Shown here: positions 8,188 to 17,739 of the stretch, in pieces | Position numbering within the stretch: position 1 is the first letter of the stretch | Layout of the letters: each line of letters starts with the position of its first letter | Program-made: the position numbers and the translations under genes | Notes under the pieces: model-generated | Told to the model about the DNA's origin: nothing | Database searches by the model: none | What the model saw: the letters and a program-made list of their open reading frames with translations, nothing else | From: Phycisphaerales bacterium | GTDB lineage: Bacteria; Planctomycetota; Phycisphaerae; Phycisphaerales; SM1A02 | Length of the DNA stretch: 64,000 nucleotides | Reading direction: 5' to 3' | NCBI GenBank assembly: GCA_009691915.1 | Contig: SIAD01000002.1 | Location: 118,562 to 182,561 of the forward strand

Positions 8188-9116
8188 TTCTCGGCGGAAT
8201 CGCCAGTGATCGCGGTCCGCTCGCGGTCTCGGAGGGCGATCCCGCGGATGCGCATTGTGTCATAAATCGTGGCGAGAAGACCGACGAGCGGAAAGCGTCC
8301 CCCAAGCGGACTGGCACCGAGCCGACGAAGAATTGCATGAGGCGCGTGCGCCTGCATTGGCCGGCTCTCAAGGAGATGCAGTCTCTGGCCGGGCCGCCAA
8401 AACTCACCGAGGAGCGACTCGAGGGGCGCTTCGAGCGAGTGATCGGTCGCGGCACTCGGCAGTGGGTGCGCGTGGTTCTCGCCTCTGGTGGCTAGCGTTC
8501 GCAACTCCTGGATTCGCTCGAGGAGCCGCTCGACTCCCATTCCTCGAATGAGGAACAGTAGGAGGGGTTCCGCCTCCAGCCGTTCTGCGAACAGATGGCT
8601 GACTGCCGCCACATGCTTGCAGGGCTGAGCCAGTCCGCACGAACACTTGAGCACCGGATCTGATGACGCCTTGATTCCCGGGCGGCACGGCACAATCTTC
8701 TCCTTCAGGGTGAGAGCGGCGATGACAGATTCGACGGTCGGCGGCATCTCCCCGACAAGGAACCTGGCAGAGAACACCGCCTCGGCGGCGAGCGCCTGCA
8801 CGACTCGGTCCCACTCCTCAGGGGTCCACTGCACGAAGGTCATCGACACTGCGTAGGGGCGTGACGCGCGCCCCTGCACCGACGCATCGACCCGCCCCGC
8901 AGTGCATGGGAACGACACGGTCTGCCCAGACACTGCGTATGAGCCACCCTCGATGAGAGTGTCTGGGTCGGTTGCCGCGGCGATCGCGGCAAAAAATGGT
9001 GCCGTAGTCCACGGGAGTTGCGCCGTCCCCTGCTTGCGCCGGAACTTGAAGCCGCCGATCACACGCCGTGGGTTCTCGGGTGGACGGGGGCGGCTGGAGT
9101 CGTTCCACTGCGTCAC
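8184..9116 (-). CDS. SWIM zinc-finger protein (SNF2-helicase-associated)
   Basis: CxC...CxH signature CSCGLAQPCKHVAAV. The GTG start overlaps the SNF2 stop (GTGA). Confidence 0.8.
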   Translation of the reverse strand: MTQWNDSSRPRPPENPRRVIGGFKFRRKQGTAQLPWTTAPFFAAIAAATDPDTLIEGGSYAVSGQTVSFPCTAGRVDASVQGRASRPYAVSMTFVQWTPEEWDRVVQALAAEAVFSARFLVGEMPPTVESVIAALTLKEKIVPCRPGIKASSDPVLKCSCGLAQPCKHVAAVSHLFAERLEAEPLLLFLIRGMGVERLLERIQELRTLATRGENHAHPLPSAATDHSLEAPLESLLGEFWRPGQRLHLLESRPMQAHAPHAILRRLGASPLGGRFPLVGLLATIYDTMRIRGIALRDRERTAITGDSAEK

Positions 9117-12100
9117 TCGGAACCCTCGAGACCGCTGCGCCTGAGCGAGAGGAGGTCGTGGAGCTGGTTCGTCGACATCTCGGTGAGCCAGCCGTCGCCC
9201 GATCCAATGATCTGTGTCGCCAGTTCGGTCTTCTGCTCAATCATCTGGTCGATCCGCTCCTCCAGCGTTCCCGCACAGATGAACTTGTGGACATTGACCG
9301 TCCGTGTCTGTCCGATGCGGAAGGCGCGGTCGGTCGCCTGGTTCTCGACGGCTGGATTCCACCAGCGGTCGAAGTGGATGACATGATTCGCGGCGGTGAG
9401 ATTGAGCCCCACGCCGCCCGCCTTGAGGCTGAGCACAAAGATGGGGTGAGCGCGATCACCCTTCTGGAACCGATCGACGATGGAGTCGCGCTTGGCCTGC
9501 GGAGTACCACCATGGAGAAACAACGCCTCCACATCGATGGCCTGGCGAATCATCGACACCAGAAGGTGTCCCATCTGGCGGTACTGGGTGAACACAAGCG
9601 CGCTGTCGCCTGCAGCCACGAGTTCATCGAGCAGTTCGATGAGTCGCTGCGTCTTCCCGCTACGCGCGGGATTGAGCGCGGCCGATGGGAGCGCCAGCAG
9701 CGACCCCTCTTCGGCATCGATCGCGGGATCCTCCGCCTCAGTTGCCTTGGCAGCTCGCTTGGCGGTCGTGGTTGTCCCGTTCGGCGTGCCCTCGCGGAGG
9801 AAATGCGCGGGGTGGTTGCAGATCTGCTTGAGTTTCACCAGCGCGCTGAGTACGAGCCCGCGCCGGCGGATGCCGTCGGCTTGATCGACCTTCGCGAGCA
9901 TCTCCGCCACGACGGTCTCATAGAGCCGGATCTGCTCATCGGTGAGCGGGATGCTCTGCCGAGACTCGATCAGCGGCGGCAGGTCACTGATGACCTTGGG
10001 GTCAGTCTTGAGGCGACGCAGGATGAAGGGCTTCACAAGTGCCCTCAGCCGCTGTGCCACCGCGCCATCGCGATTGCGCTCAATCGGCGTGGCGAACCGT
10101 CGGCGGAAGTCCAGGTGAGTGCCGAGGTATCCCGGACAGCAGAACTCCATGATCGACCAGAGTTCGGCAAGCCGGTTCTCCACCGGAGTTCCGGTGAGCG
10201 CGACGCGGTGTCGGGTGTTGAGCGCACGGATCGCCGCTGTCTGCTTGGTCGGCGGGTTCTTGATGTACTGCGCCTCGTCGAGGGCGACCCTGCGCCACTG
10301 AACCTTCTGAATCGTGTCGCGGTCGCGGACGACGATGGCGTAGGTCGTGATGACGAGATCGTTCTCCTGAGTCACTCGCGTAAACGCATCGCCGGTAGGG
10401 CGGTCAATTCCATGTTGGATGTGGACCTTTAGCTCCGGCGCGAACCGTCCGAGCTCACGCTTCCAGTTGCCCAGTACTGACATCGGAGCAACCAGCAGCG
10501 TCGGACCGGGTGGACCGAGGCCCTGCAATGTGCGCTGGGCACGCTCGTGCTGCATGAGCACGATCAGTTGGATGGTCTTGCCGAGACCCATGTCGTCGGC
10601 GAGGCATGCCCCAAGCCCGAGACGGTCGAGGAACGCGAGCCAGCTCAGCCCGGTGAGTTGGTACGGTCGCAGCGTGCCCTGAAACGCCTCGGGCGGCCCG
10701 GCCATGCGGAAGCCCTCGTCGTTCTCACTTGCGTCGAGGAGCTGCTTCACCCACCCCGAGGCCGTGACCCCGCTGACCGGAAGTGCTTCCGGCGGTCCAT
10801 CGATGCCGTGGGCCATCCGAAGCGCCTCCACCAGCGACATCGTGCCACCGGGGTGCTCGCGGAAGAACTTGACCGCGCTCGCAATGTCCTCCGGTCTCAG
10901 ATCCACCCACGCGCCGTTCACCCGCACGAGTGGAGATCCGCGTCGAGCGAGCCGTTCGAGCATCTCTATCGAGACACTCTGCGATCCAAGCGCAACCTGC
11001 CAGCGGTAGGCAACGAGTGCCTGGAGTCCGAGTCCCGATGGCTCGTGGGCCGCGCTCGAAGCTGATCCTGTCGAGCCTGGCGGACTCTCGGGGGAGTCGA
11101 TGAGAAGGCGCGCGCTGATTCGGCTCGTCGGCTCACCCCACCAGACCGGTACATCGACAAAGAATCCGGCCTCAAGCAGCACCGGGCGAAGGTCGCGCAT
11201 GAAGGTGTACGCCTCGCGCGTGTTGAGGTCGACGCCGCACGGAGTTTCGTCCTGCAACGCGTCCTCGAGCTCGGGCCAGATCCGGCTGGCGCGCCCCAGT
11301 TCTTTGAGCAGCATCTGTGCCAATTCCTCGCTGCGGGGAGCACGGGTCGCGTTGCGTCGTCCGCTAGGGGCTTGGAAAATCGTCTCCGCGTCGGTCACAC
11401 ATCCCGGGTCATCCGGGTCGACGAGGCTGAATGACACGCGCCATGACGCATCCAGGCCTTCGTCGCCGGCGTCGACCTCAGGTTCGTGGATCTCAAACTT
11501 CAATCGCATCCCGACGACCGCGCGGGCCCCATCGAGGACACCGAGCCAGCCGCGAGTCGTGCGCATGAGGTCGAACTCAGGGCGTTTGCCAACCTTCAGC
11601 GAGTCGTCGGGTCCGAGGAGTCCGCTGAGGAACCCGGCATGAGCATCGGTCGAAGTCGAGAAGTCGGCGATCGCCTCCTCAAAATTCTCGTCGATTAGTG
11701 CGGTGCGGATCGCGGCATCCGTGGTCAGACTGAGGAACGAGTCGACGATGGGCCAGGCGTGCCCCTTGGTTCCATCGACTGCACGCACTGCGGCCGGCAT
11801 GCTGGCGATGAGATCCGCCAGATGGGCGTTCGCATCCGAGTCATTCAGCCACGGGCGCCACTGTCCCGACAGTGATCCATCACGGCGCTGTACGAGTGTC
11901 GGGATCACCCGCTGGTCGATGATCGAGTCGAGCGCGAGCTGCGTGAGCCTGGTCCACCAGTGCATCGAGTGAGCCAGCGCCAGGTCGGGGGACTGTCCAC
12001 CTTCAAGATCCGCGACTCGGCTGAAAAATGAGAGCGCATGCTCGGGGTCGAGGCGAATTGTGGGAATCGTGCACGCCTCGAGCACGAGTGCTTCCTCGTC

Positions 12101-12391
12101 GCTCGGCGCGCGCCCCATCAGGGACGCGAGCTTGCTTGAAGGCAACGGGATGGCGATCGAGGAGCTCGAACCTTCACATCCGGTCGCGTGGGGAAGCAGG
12201 AGGGTCAGCGTGTCGTTGCGTGCGCCATCGAGCGATCCCATCGCCTGTTCAATCGTCGACTTCACCTGCGCGTGCGACGCGGCGAACGGGTGCTGATTGC
12301 CGACCGGCTCGCCTGACTCAAGCGCGCGCTCGAGCGATTCTCCCCACACATGCAGTGCGTCAAGGGACCAGTTTGCGTGAACTACAAGCAT
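9113..12391 (-). CDS. SNF2-family DEAD/DEAH-box helicase with a long N-terminal SNF2-associated region
   Basis: Motif I LADDMGLGKTIQ, motif II DEAQYIKN, and C-terminal helicase block LSLKAGGVGLNLTAANHVIHFDRWWNPAVENQATDRAFRIGQ. Start re-set to ATG 12391 (MLVVHANWSLDALHVWGE), because the table start at 12886 would read through tRNA-Lys. Confidence 0.9.
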   Translation of the reverse strand: MLVVHANWSLDALHVWGESLERALESGEPVGNQHPFAASHAQVKSTIEQAMGSLDGARNDTLTLLLPHATGCEGSSSSIAIPLPSSKLASLMGRAPSDEEALVLEACTIPTIRLDPEHALSFFSRVADLEGGQSPDLALAHSMHWWTRLTQLALDSIIDQRVIPTLVQRRDGSLSGQWRPWLNDSDANAHLADLIASMPAAVRAVDGTKGHAWPIVDSFLSLTTDAAIRTALIDENFEEAIADFSTSTDAHAGFLSGLLGPDDSLKVGKRPEFDLMRTTRGWLGVLDGARAVVGMRLKFEIHEPEVDAGDEGLDASWRVSFSLVDPDDPGCVTDAETIFQAPSGRRNATRAPRSEELAQMLLKELGRASRIWPELEDALQDETPCGVDLNTREAYTFMRDLRPVLLEAGFFVDVPVWWGEPTSRISARLLIDSPESPPGSTGSASSAAHEPSGLGLQALVAYRWQVALGSQSVSIEMLERLARRGSPLVRVNGAWVDLRPEDIASAVKFFREHPGGTMSLVEALRMAHGIDGPPEALPVSGVTASGWVKQLLDASENDEGFRMAGPPEAFQGTLRPYQLTGLSWLAFLDRLGLGACLADDMGLGKTIQLIVLMQHERAQRTLQGLGPPGPTLLVAPMSVLGNWKRELGRFAPELKVHIQHGIDRPTGDAFTRVTQENDLVITTYAIVVRDRDTIQKVQWRRVALDEAQYIKNPPTKQTAAIRALNTRHRVALTGTPVENRLAELWSIMEFCCPGYLGTHLDFRRRFATPIERNRDGAVAQRLRALVKPFILRRLKTDPKVISDLPPLIESRQSIPLTDEQIRLYETVVAEMLAKVDQADGIRRRGLVLSALVKLKQICNHPAHFLREGTPNGTTTTAKRAAKATEAEDPAIDAEEGSLLALPSAALNPARSGKTQRLIELLDELVAAGDSALVFTQYRQMGHLLVSMIRQAIDVEALFLHGGTPQAKRDSIVDRFQKGDRAHPIFVLSLKAGGVGLNLTAANHVIHFDRWWNPAVENQATDRAFRIGQTRTVNVHKFICAGTLEERIDQMIEQKTELATQIIGSGDGWLTEMSTNQLHDLLSLRRSGLEGSE

Positions 12392-12423
12392 GCGAAGGGG
12401 GCTGGAACAGGCGGCGAATCGAA

Positions 12424-12496
12424 TGATTGCGCTGGGACTCGAACCCAGGACCCGCGGCTTAAAAGGCCGCAGCTCTACCAACTGAGCTACGCAATC
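12424..12496 (-). tRNA. tRNA-Lys (anticodon UUU)
   Basis: Folded by hand into a 73-nt cloverleaf. Acceptor GATTGCG/CGCAATC, D arm GCTC/GAGC, anticodon arm GCGGC-CTTTTAA-GCCGC, T arm CTGGG-TTCGAGT-CCCAG, discriminator A. No CCA is encoded. Confidence 0.95.
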
Positions 12497-12706
12497 AATC
12501 GGTCGTTGAAGAGGGGAAACAGTGTACCGAGGACGCGACAAACTCGCCCGCCTCGGACGGAATCGCAGTTCGGAGGCAAAAACGCCCCGGTTTATAGGAC
12601 GGCGATTGCAGCCGGAGGCGCAAAATGCCGATAAGTTTACTGGCGGATAAGGCGGATTCCAGGGCGCCGACGCTATCGTTGAACGGCTGTTACGAGACCA
12701 CCACCC

Positions 12707-13687
12707 ATGAGCGTATCGACCGCAATTATCGAACAGTTCCTCTCCTACCTGATCGACGAGCGGCACTTCAGTCCGTACACATCTCGTTGCTATGGTCTTG
12801 ACCTGAGGCAGTTTGCAGAGTTCATCGCGGGAGATGGAGGCTTCTCGATAGATCCACAGGCGGAGCAGGCGGCCCTCGCTCGGCATGATGCATCACCGGG
12901 ATCTAAGACGGTCACGAGCCGCATCCTCTCGACGGATGTGGAGCTCGTGCGGAGATTTCTGGGTCACTTGGCACAGCAGAATTACTCCGCCGCAACGACG
13001 GCTCGAAAGATCGCGACGCTCCGCTCATTCCACAAGTGGATGGAGAAGCGGGGACTTGCGTCGATCAATCCGATGACGCTCATTAGGACTCCTAAGCAAC
13101 CACGCCGACTCCCTAAGGCCATCACGGTCGACCAGATCGAAAAATTGCTTGGCGCTCCGAGTGACTCGGATCTCTTGGGCGCGCGCGACCGCGCAATTCT
13201 CGAGACGCTTTACTCGACGGGGATCCGCGTAAGCGAAGTGGTGGCGATCAATCGCGGGGACCTCGATATCGACGGGAGCGCGCTCAAGGTCAAGGGCAAG
13301 GGACGGCGCGAGCGGACCGTTCCCATCGGGTCGCACGCCATGGGCGCGATCCAGCGGTATCTCGGCATCGCCCATACCGAGCGGGTGCCGATGGAGGCCA
13401 CGAGCGCACTGTTCGTGAACAAGTTGGGCACGCGGCTATCGTCGAGATCGGTCCGTCGCAAGGTGTCCAAGTACCTCAAGATCGCCGGGCTCGATCCGGA
13501 CATCTCGCCTCACACGATTCGCCACTCGTTTGCGACCCACCTCCTCGACAACGGCGCAGACCTCCGTGCCGTGCAGGAGCTGCTGGGTCACCAGTCGCTT
13601 TCGAGCACACAGGTCTACACGCACCTCACGACGGCGCGAATGCGGGAGGCGTACGACCGAGCCCATCCGCGCGCCGAAGCCTCCTGA
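12707..13687 (+). CDS. xerC: Tyrosine recombinase, XerC/XerD family
   Basis: N-terminal SAM-like domain (IEQFLSYLIDERHFSPYTSRCYGLDLRQF). Catalytic region HTIRHSFATHLLDNGADLRAVQELLGHQSLSSTQVYTH. XerC versus XerD cannot be decided from sequence alone. Confidence 0.8.
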   Translation: MSVSTAIIEQFLSYLIDERHFSPYTSRCYGLDLRQFAEFIAGDGGFSIDPQAEQAALARHDASPGSKTVTSRILSTDVELVRRFLGHLAQQNYSAATTARKIATLRSFHKWMEKRGLASINPMTLIRTPKQPRRLPKAITVDQIEKLLGAPSDSDLLGARDRAILETLYSTGIRVSEVVAINRGDLDIDGSALKVKGKGRRERTVPIGSHAMGAIQRYLGIAHTERVPMEATSALFVNKLGTRLSSRSVRRKVSKYLKIAGLDPDISPHTIRHSFATHLLDNGADLRAVQELLGHQSLSSTQVYTHLTTARMREAYDRAHPRAEAS

Positions 13688-13708
13688 CCCCCAGCGATAG
13701 AGTCCGAC

Positions 13709-14548
13709 ATGATCGACGGTTCGAGGTTGCCAGCATGGACGCTGCGACTCGGAGACTGCTTGGCAGTCATGGCCGAGTTGCCATCATCATCGATTGATCT
13801 GGTGTACATGGATCCCCCGTTCAACTCGGGTATGAAACGGCAGGGTCGCGCCGGGCTAGCCTTCGACGATCGCTTCGAGTCACTGCAGAAGTATCGGGAG
13901 TTCCTCGCGCCCTGCCTTGCAGAGGCGCGTCGAGTCCTGCGCCCTACGGGATCGATCCTCGTGCATGTCGATTGGAGGTCCAGCCATCATGTGAGGTTGA
14001 TGCTCGATTCGGCATTCGGAGAGGGCAATTTCGTTAACCACATTGTCTGGTCGTACGGACTAGGAGGGTCGGGGCCGCGATCGTTCGCGCGCAAGCACGA
14101 TGACATCCTCTTCTACGGATGCTCCGACTGCTACTGGTTCGAGCCGCCCAAGGTTCCCGCGCGCAGCGTGCGCCTGAAGGGTCGGATGAAGAAGGCAACC
14201 GATGTCCTGGACATCCCCGCAATCAACAATATGGCGCTTGAGCGGACCGGTTGGCCGACGCAGAAGCCTCTGGCACTCCTTGAGCTGCTCGTGCGCGCTT
14301 GCTGCCCACCCGGAGGAACAGTGCTCGATCCCATGTGCGGAAGTGCCACAACTCTCGCCGCGGCCGTCAAGGCCGGTCGAAACGCCGTCGGCATCGACCG
14401 ATCGCCTCAGGCGATTGCCATTGCCCGCCAAAGGCTGCTTGCAACCACGGCCCTGGAGGCGCTGGCCGAGCTCACTCCCAGGCCACTCGCTCTTCAAGTG
14501 CCCGCAGGACCAGTGCCAGTTGAGCCTGGTCTTCTGCGCACAGCGTGA
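13709..14548 (+). CDS. Beta-class DNA methyltransferase (N6-adenine or N4-cytosine), orphan
   Basis: Catalytic motif IV VYMDPPFNSG lies N-terminal to the AdoMet motif I LDPMCGSATT, which is the beta-class order. No endonuclease gene is adjacent. Confidence 0.85.
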   Translation: MIDGSRLPAWTLRLGDCLAVMAELPSSSIDLVYMDPPFNSGMKRQGRAGLAFDDRFESLQKYREFLAPCLAEARRVLRPTGSILVHVDWRSSHHVRLMLDSAFGEGNFVNHIVWSYGLGGSGPRSFARKHDDILFYGCSDCYWFEPPKVPARSVRLKGRMKKATDVLDIPAINNMALERTGWPTQKPLALLELLVRACCPPGGTVLDPMCGSATTLAAAVKAGRNAVGIDRSPQAIAIARQRLLATTALEALAELTPRPLALQVPAGPVPVEPGLLRTA

Positions 14549-15599
14549 CATGCCCCACCTTGCGACCCTTGCGCGGCGGCTTGCCATACAGATGGAGCCG
14601 CGCTCCCGGCACACCCAGAATCTCGGAGGGGAGCGGAGTCCGGCCGACTAAGTTGATCATCGCGCAGGCGCCGCGGGCCGCGGTCGGTCCAAGCGGTAGT
14701 CCGGAAATCGCCCGTAGATGGTTCTCGAACTGACTCGTCAGGGCTCCATCGATCGTCCAGTGGCCCGAGTTGTGAACGCGAGGTGCCATCTCGTTGGCAA
14801 GGAGTCCGGCCCGAGTCACGAAGAACTCAACTCCGATCACACCGTGATAGTCAAGGGACTCCATCAACGCACTTACATGCGCGCGCGCCATGCGGTCGAG
14901 TTCTCCTGATGGGTCGCACGGAGCGGGAGCGGTAGAGCGCCACAGAATCCCGTCGCGATGGACATTCTCGGTGAGCGCGTAGTAGGCGGAGGACCGAGTG
15001 TGGCCTGCGCCGCGGCCGCGGACCGCGATCATCGAAACTTCCGCCGTGAACTCCACGAGTTCCTCGAGGATGCATGGCACCCGGCCGAGCTCTTCCCACG
15101 CAGCCGCGATCTGCGGCGCGAGGTCGCCGGAGGAGCCGCCCCGAATGACCCGTTGCCCCTTGCCGTCGTAGCCAAGTCGTCGAGTCTTGAGTACGCACGG
15201 GGCGCCGATGGACTTCGCAGCGTCGGTGACTTCCGCAACCGTACCCACGGCAGCGAAGCGCGCGACTGGGATTCCCAGGGCTCGAAACGCCGTCTTCTCC
15301 GCGATGCGATCCTGGGCGATCTCGAGGGCGCGCGGTGAAGGTTCGAGCGGGATGCGTGAGGCGAGCCACTGCGCGCTCGACGCGGGAACAGATTCGAATT
15401 CATAGGTCGCCACAGAGAGACCCTGCACGAATCGTTCGAGCCCATCCGGGTCGTCATATGCCGTCGGGATCACCTCGCCGCACGCCGCTGCCGGACATGC
15501 TGCGGATGGCTCAAGGAATCGGAAGTGGAGCCCCAGTGGGATTCCCGCGAGACCGAGCATTCTCCCGAGCTGCCCGCCGCCGATGACGCCGATCCTCAA
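14472..15599 (-). CDS. purK: N5-carboxyaminoimidazole ribonucleotide synthase
   Basis: ATP-grasp protein with N-terminus [15 protein letters not shown]. Start re-set to TTG 15599, which overlaps the purE stop (TTGA), instead of the table start at 15698. Confidence 0.9.
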   Translation of the reverse strand: MRIGVIGGGQLGRMLGLAGIPLGLHFRFLEPSAACPAAACGEVIPTAYDDPDGLERFVQGLSVATYEFESVPASSAQWLASRIPLEPSPRALEIAQDRIAEKTAFRALGIPVARFAAVGTVAEVTDAAKSIGAPCVLKTRRLGYDGKGQRVIRGGSSGDLAPQIAAAWEELGRVPCILEELVEFTAEVSMIAVRGRGAGHTRSSAYYALTENVHRDGILWRSTAPAPCDPSGELDRMARAHVSALMESLDYHGVIGVEFFVTRAGLLANEMAPRVHNSGHWTIDGALTSQFENHLRAISGLPLGPTAARGACAMINLVGRTPLPSEILGVPGARLHLYGKPPRKGRKVGHVTLCAEDQAQLALVLRALEERVAWE

Positions 15600-16141
15600 C
15601 GGCGTGGTCCTTTGGTTCTGCGACGCGTTCGCGCCGCCGCTCGCGTCCCTGCAGGATTCGGGTTCCGAAGAACCTCTTCCGTCTGTTGCCGTCGCCACTG
15701 ATCCAATGCAGTTCGCAGGGGCGCATTGGCGAGTGCGAGAATCGAAGTCGCCAGAAGTGCCGCATTCACCGCTCCGGCGCGCCCGATCGCGAGCGTGCCG
15801 ACCGGGACGCCTGCGGGCATCTGGGCCATCGAGAGAAGAGAGTCGAGACCATTGAGTGCCTTGCCCTCCACAGGTACCCCCAGCACCGGGAGCGAAGTCC
15901 GGCTTGCGGTCATTCCGGGAAGGTGTGCCGCACCACCGGCACCAGCAATGATCACCTGGATTCCGCGCTGGCGCGCGCCTTCGGCGTACTTGAAGAGGAG
16001 AGTCGGAGTTCGGTGCGCGCTGACGACGCGCCGCTCGTGGGGAACCCCGAGCGCGTCAAGCGTTTCACAGGCATGCCGCATGGTCTCCCAGTCGCTCGAG
16101 GATCCCATGATGACGCCGACGAGCGGCCGCTTCCTCGCCAT
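15596..16141 (-). CDS. purE: N5-carboxyaminoimidazole ribonucleotide mutase
   Basis: Motifs [36 protein letters not shown]. Confidence 0.9.
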   Translation of the reverse strand: MARKRPLVGVIMGSSSDWETMRHACETLDALGVPHERRVVSAHRTPTLLFKYAEGARQRGIQVIIAGAGGAAHLPGMTASRTSLPVLGVPVEGKALNGLDSLLSMAQMPAGVPVGTLAIGRAGAVNAALLATSILALANAPLRTALDQWRRQQTEEVLRNPNPAGTRAAARTRRRTKGPRR

Positions 16142-16150
16142 GGAGCGATC

Positions 16151-16831
16151 CTACTGCGCGGTCACGGCGGCCGGCGGTCCCACCGTCACTGAAGGCTTCT
16201 CATCAAGGATCGGGAAGAGCTTCTGGATCCCATTCACCATGAAGCTGACCGCAACGGCGGCAAGCAGGAGCCCCATGATGCGGTTGACGATGTTCATCCC
16301 GGTCACCCCGAGGAACCGCGAGATCCCCTTGGCGGCACGAAGGGTTGTGTAGGTGATCAGACCAATCACTACGCACAGCACCAGCAGTGCGATCTTGTGA
16401 CGGATCGTGGGAGAAAGGTCGGCAACGATGATCGCCATTGAAATCGCCCCCGGCCCGGCAAGCAGTGGGATGCCCAGCGGGACGATCGCCACATTCTGTC
16501 GGTGGATCGCCTCGAGCCGTTCGTCGGCCGAGATGCGCGCCCCCGAGTCAGAGCGTGCATTGAGCATGTTGATCGCCATGAGGAGGACGAGAATCCCCCC
16601 CGCAATTGAGAAGTCCATCACATTGATGCCGAAGAGTTCGAGGATCCAGGCTCCGGCGAAAATCGAGACGGCCAACACGCTAAAGACGGTGATGGCCGTG
16701 GCCTTTGCCGCCTTGCGCCGCTGGGGTGCAGGCATCTGGTCGGTCACGCTGACAAACATCGGAACCCCCAGCAGCGGGTTCACGATCGCCAGCATCGAGA
16801 CAAAGATCTGCGCGTAGTCAACCTGGCTCAC
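16151..16831 (-). CDS. MarC family (UPF0056) membrane protein
   Basis: Six-TM protein with N-terminus FVSMLAIVNPLLGVPMF. A paralog lies at 56060..56689. Confidence 0.85.
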   Translation of the reverse strand: MSQVDYAQIFVSMLAIVNPLLGVPMFVSVTDQMPAPQRRKAAKATAITVFSVLAVSIFAGAWILELFGINVMDFSIAGGILVLLMAINMLNARSDSGARISADERLEAIHRQNVAIVPLGIPLLAGPGAISMAIIVADLSPTIRHKIALLVLCVVIGLITYTTLRAAKGISRFLGVTGMNIVNRIMGLLLAAVAVSFMVNGIQKLFPILDEKPSVTVGPPAAVTAQ

Positions 16832-16855
16832 GCGCGGAATGTACTGACGATGAGG

Positions 16856-17140
16856 CTACGGCCCCAGTCCGGCGGCTCCCTGATTGGCGAAGCCCGGCAT
16901 TGGGTTCATGAGCGGATAGTCCGGTTCCATCACGGTGGGATCCTCATCCCATCGCTCCTCGATACTCGACTGGTCGACACTCCACGCCGCCGAGTTGTTC
17001 AGTCTGTTCGACGCCCCCGAGAGTCGATTCGAACCGCTCTCGTTGACCGAGCCCTCCGACTGGCAGCCGCAGAGGACCGCAACCGCAACCACTCCGGCAG
17101 CTAGGCCGTGCACATGGGTCTTCGCCGGTGTCGCGCTCAT
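16856..17140 (-). CDS. Small hypothetical lipoprotein
   Basis: Signal peptide with a lipobox-like AVLCGC. No recognisable domain. Confidence 0.45.
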   Translation of the reverse strand: MSATPAKTHVHGLAAGVVAVAVLCGCQSEGSVNESGSNRLSGASNRLNNSAAWSVDQSSIEERWDEDPTVMEPDYPLMNPMPGFANQGAAGLGP

Positions 17141-17163
17141 GGTTCGATGATAGCCCCGGGTTG

Positions 17164-17739
17164 TCAGTCTCCCGCGCCTCGTGCGATCGGAGTCGCCACA
17201 AGGGCCGACAGAACCTCATCGAGTTTCACGGGGCCGTACTCCCAGCAGTCGACACCGACATCGCGGCTGCGGCCCAGCGGGGGGAACCGTCCATGCATGT
17301 GGCCGTGCAGATGCATAGCCCCTGAGAGTGCCCCTTGCCATGTCCGCATCGGATAGTGGAAGCACACGATGCGCTCCGAGCCGCCGCTCCATCCACGCCA
17401 GGTGAGCATCGTGCGCGCGTCCTCAAAGACGCGCCGCGCGCGCTTCGGGGATGGATCTTGATTGCCGACGACGAGTTCGACCTGTCGGCAGACGATTCGC
17501 TTCCTGAGCAAGCGAAGTTCCTTGAGGCTCTTTCGACCCTCCTGTCCCTTCCATTCTCGAGGGCCGGTGAAGTCACCCAGATGGATCAGTCGATCGCGTT
17601 TGCCGACTCGCATGTTGATCCGCTCTAGGAGGAGTTCGTCCATGGCCTTCGTATCTCCCGGCGCAAATGGTCGGCCGAAGAGTTCGATGGCCTCGGCCTG
17701 ACCGAAATGCGTGTCGGCGGTGACCCAGGTTGTCGTCAC
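17164..17739 (-). CDS. Metallophosphoesterase (calcineurin-like)
   Basis: Motifs TADTHFG, HLGDF, GNQD, HLHGHMHG. GTG 17739 overlaps the coaBC stop (GTGA); the table start at 17769 remains possible. Confidence 0.75.
   Translation of the reverse strand: MTTTWVTADTHFGQAEAIELFGRPFAPGDTKAMDELLLERINMRVGKRDRLIHLGDFTGPREWKGQEGRKSLKELRLLRKRIVCRQVELVVGNQDPSPKRARRVFEDARTMLTWRGWSGGSERIVCFHYPMRTWQGALSGAMHLHGHMHGRFPPLGRSRDVGVDCWEYGPVKLDEVLSALVATPIARGAGD

Noticed and set aside
12392-12886. The table start at 12886 for the SNF2 helicase ORF adds 165 N-terminal codons.
   Set aside because: That extension reads straight through the tRNA-Lys gene (12424-12496) on the same strand. The conserved helicase N-terminus begins at MLVVHANW (ATG 12391).
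12424-13687. tRNA-Lys plus an adjacent tyrosine recombinase as the signature of a tRNA-integrated genomic island.
   Set aside because: The recombinase lies on the 5' side of the tRNA and is divergently oriented, and I found no copy of the tRNA 3' end as a direct repeat. The protein looks like a full-length XerC/D-type enzyme rather than a phage integrase.
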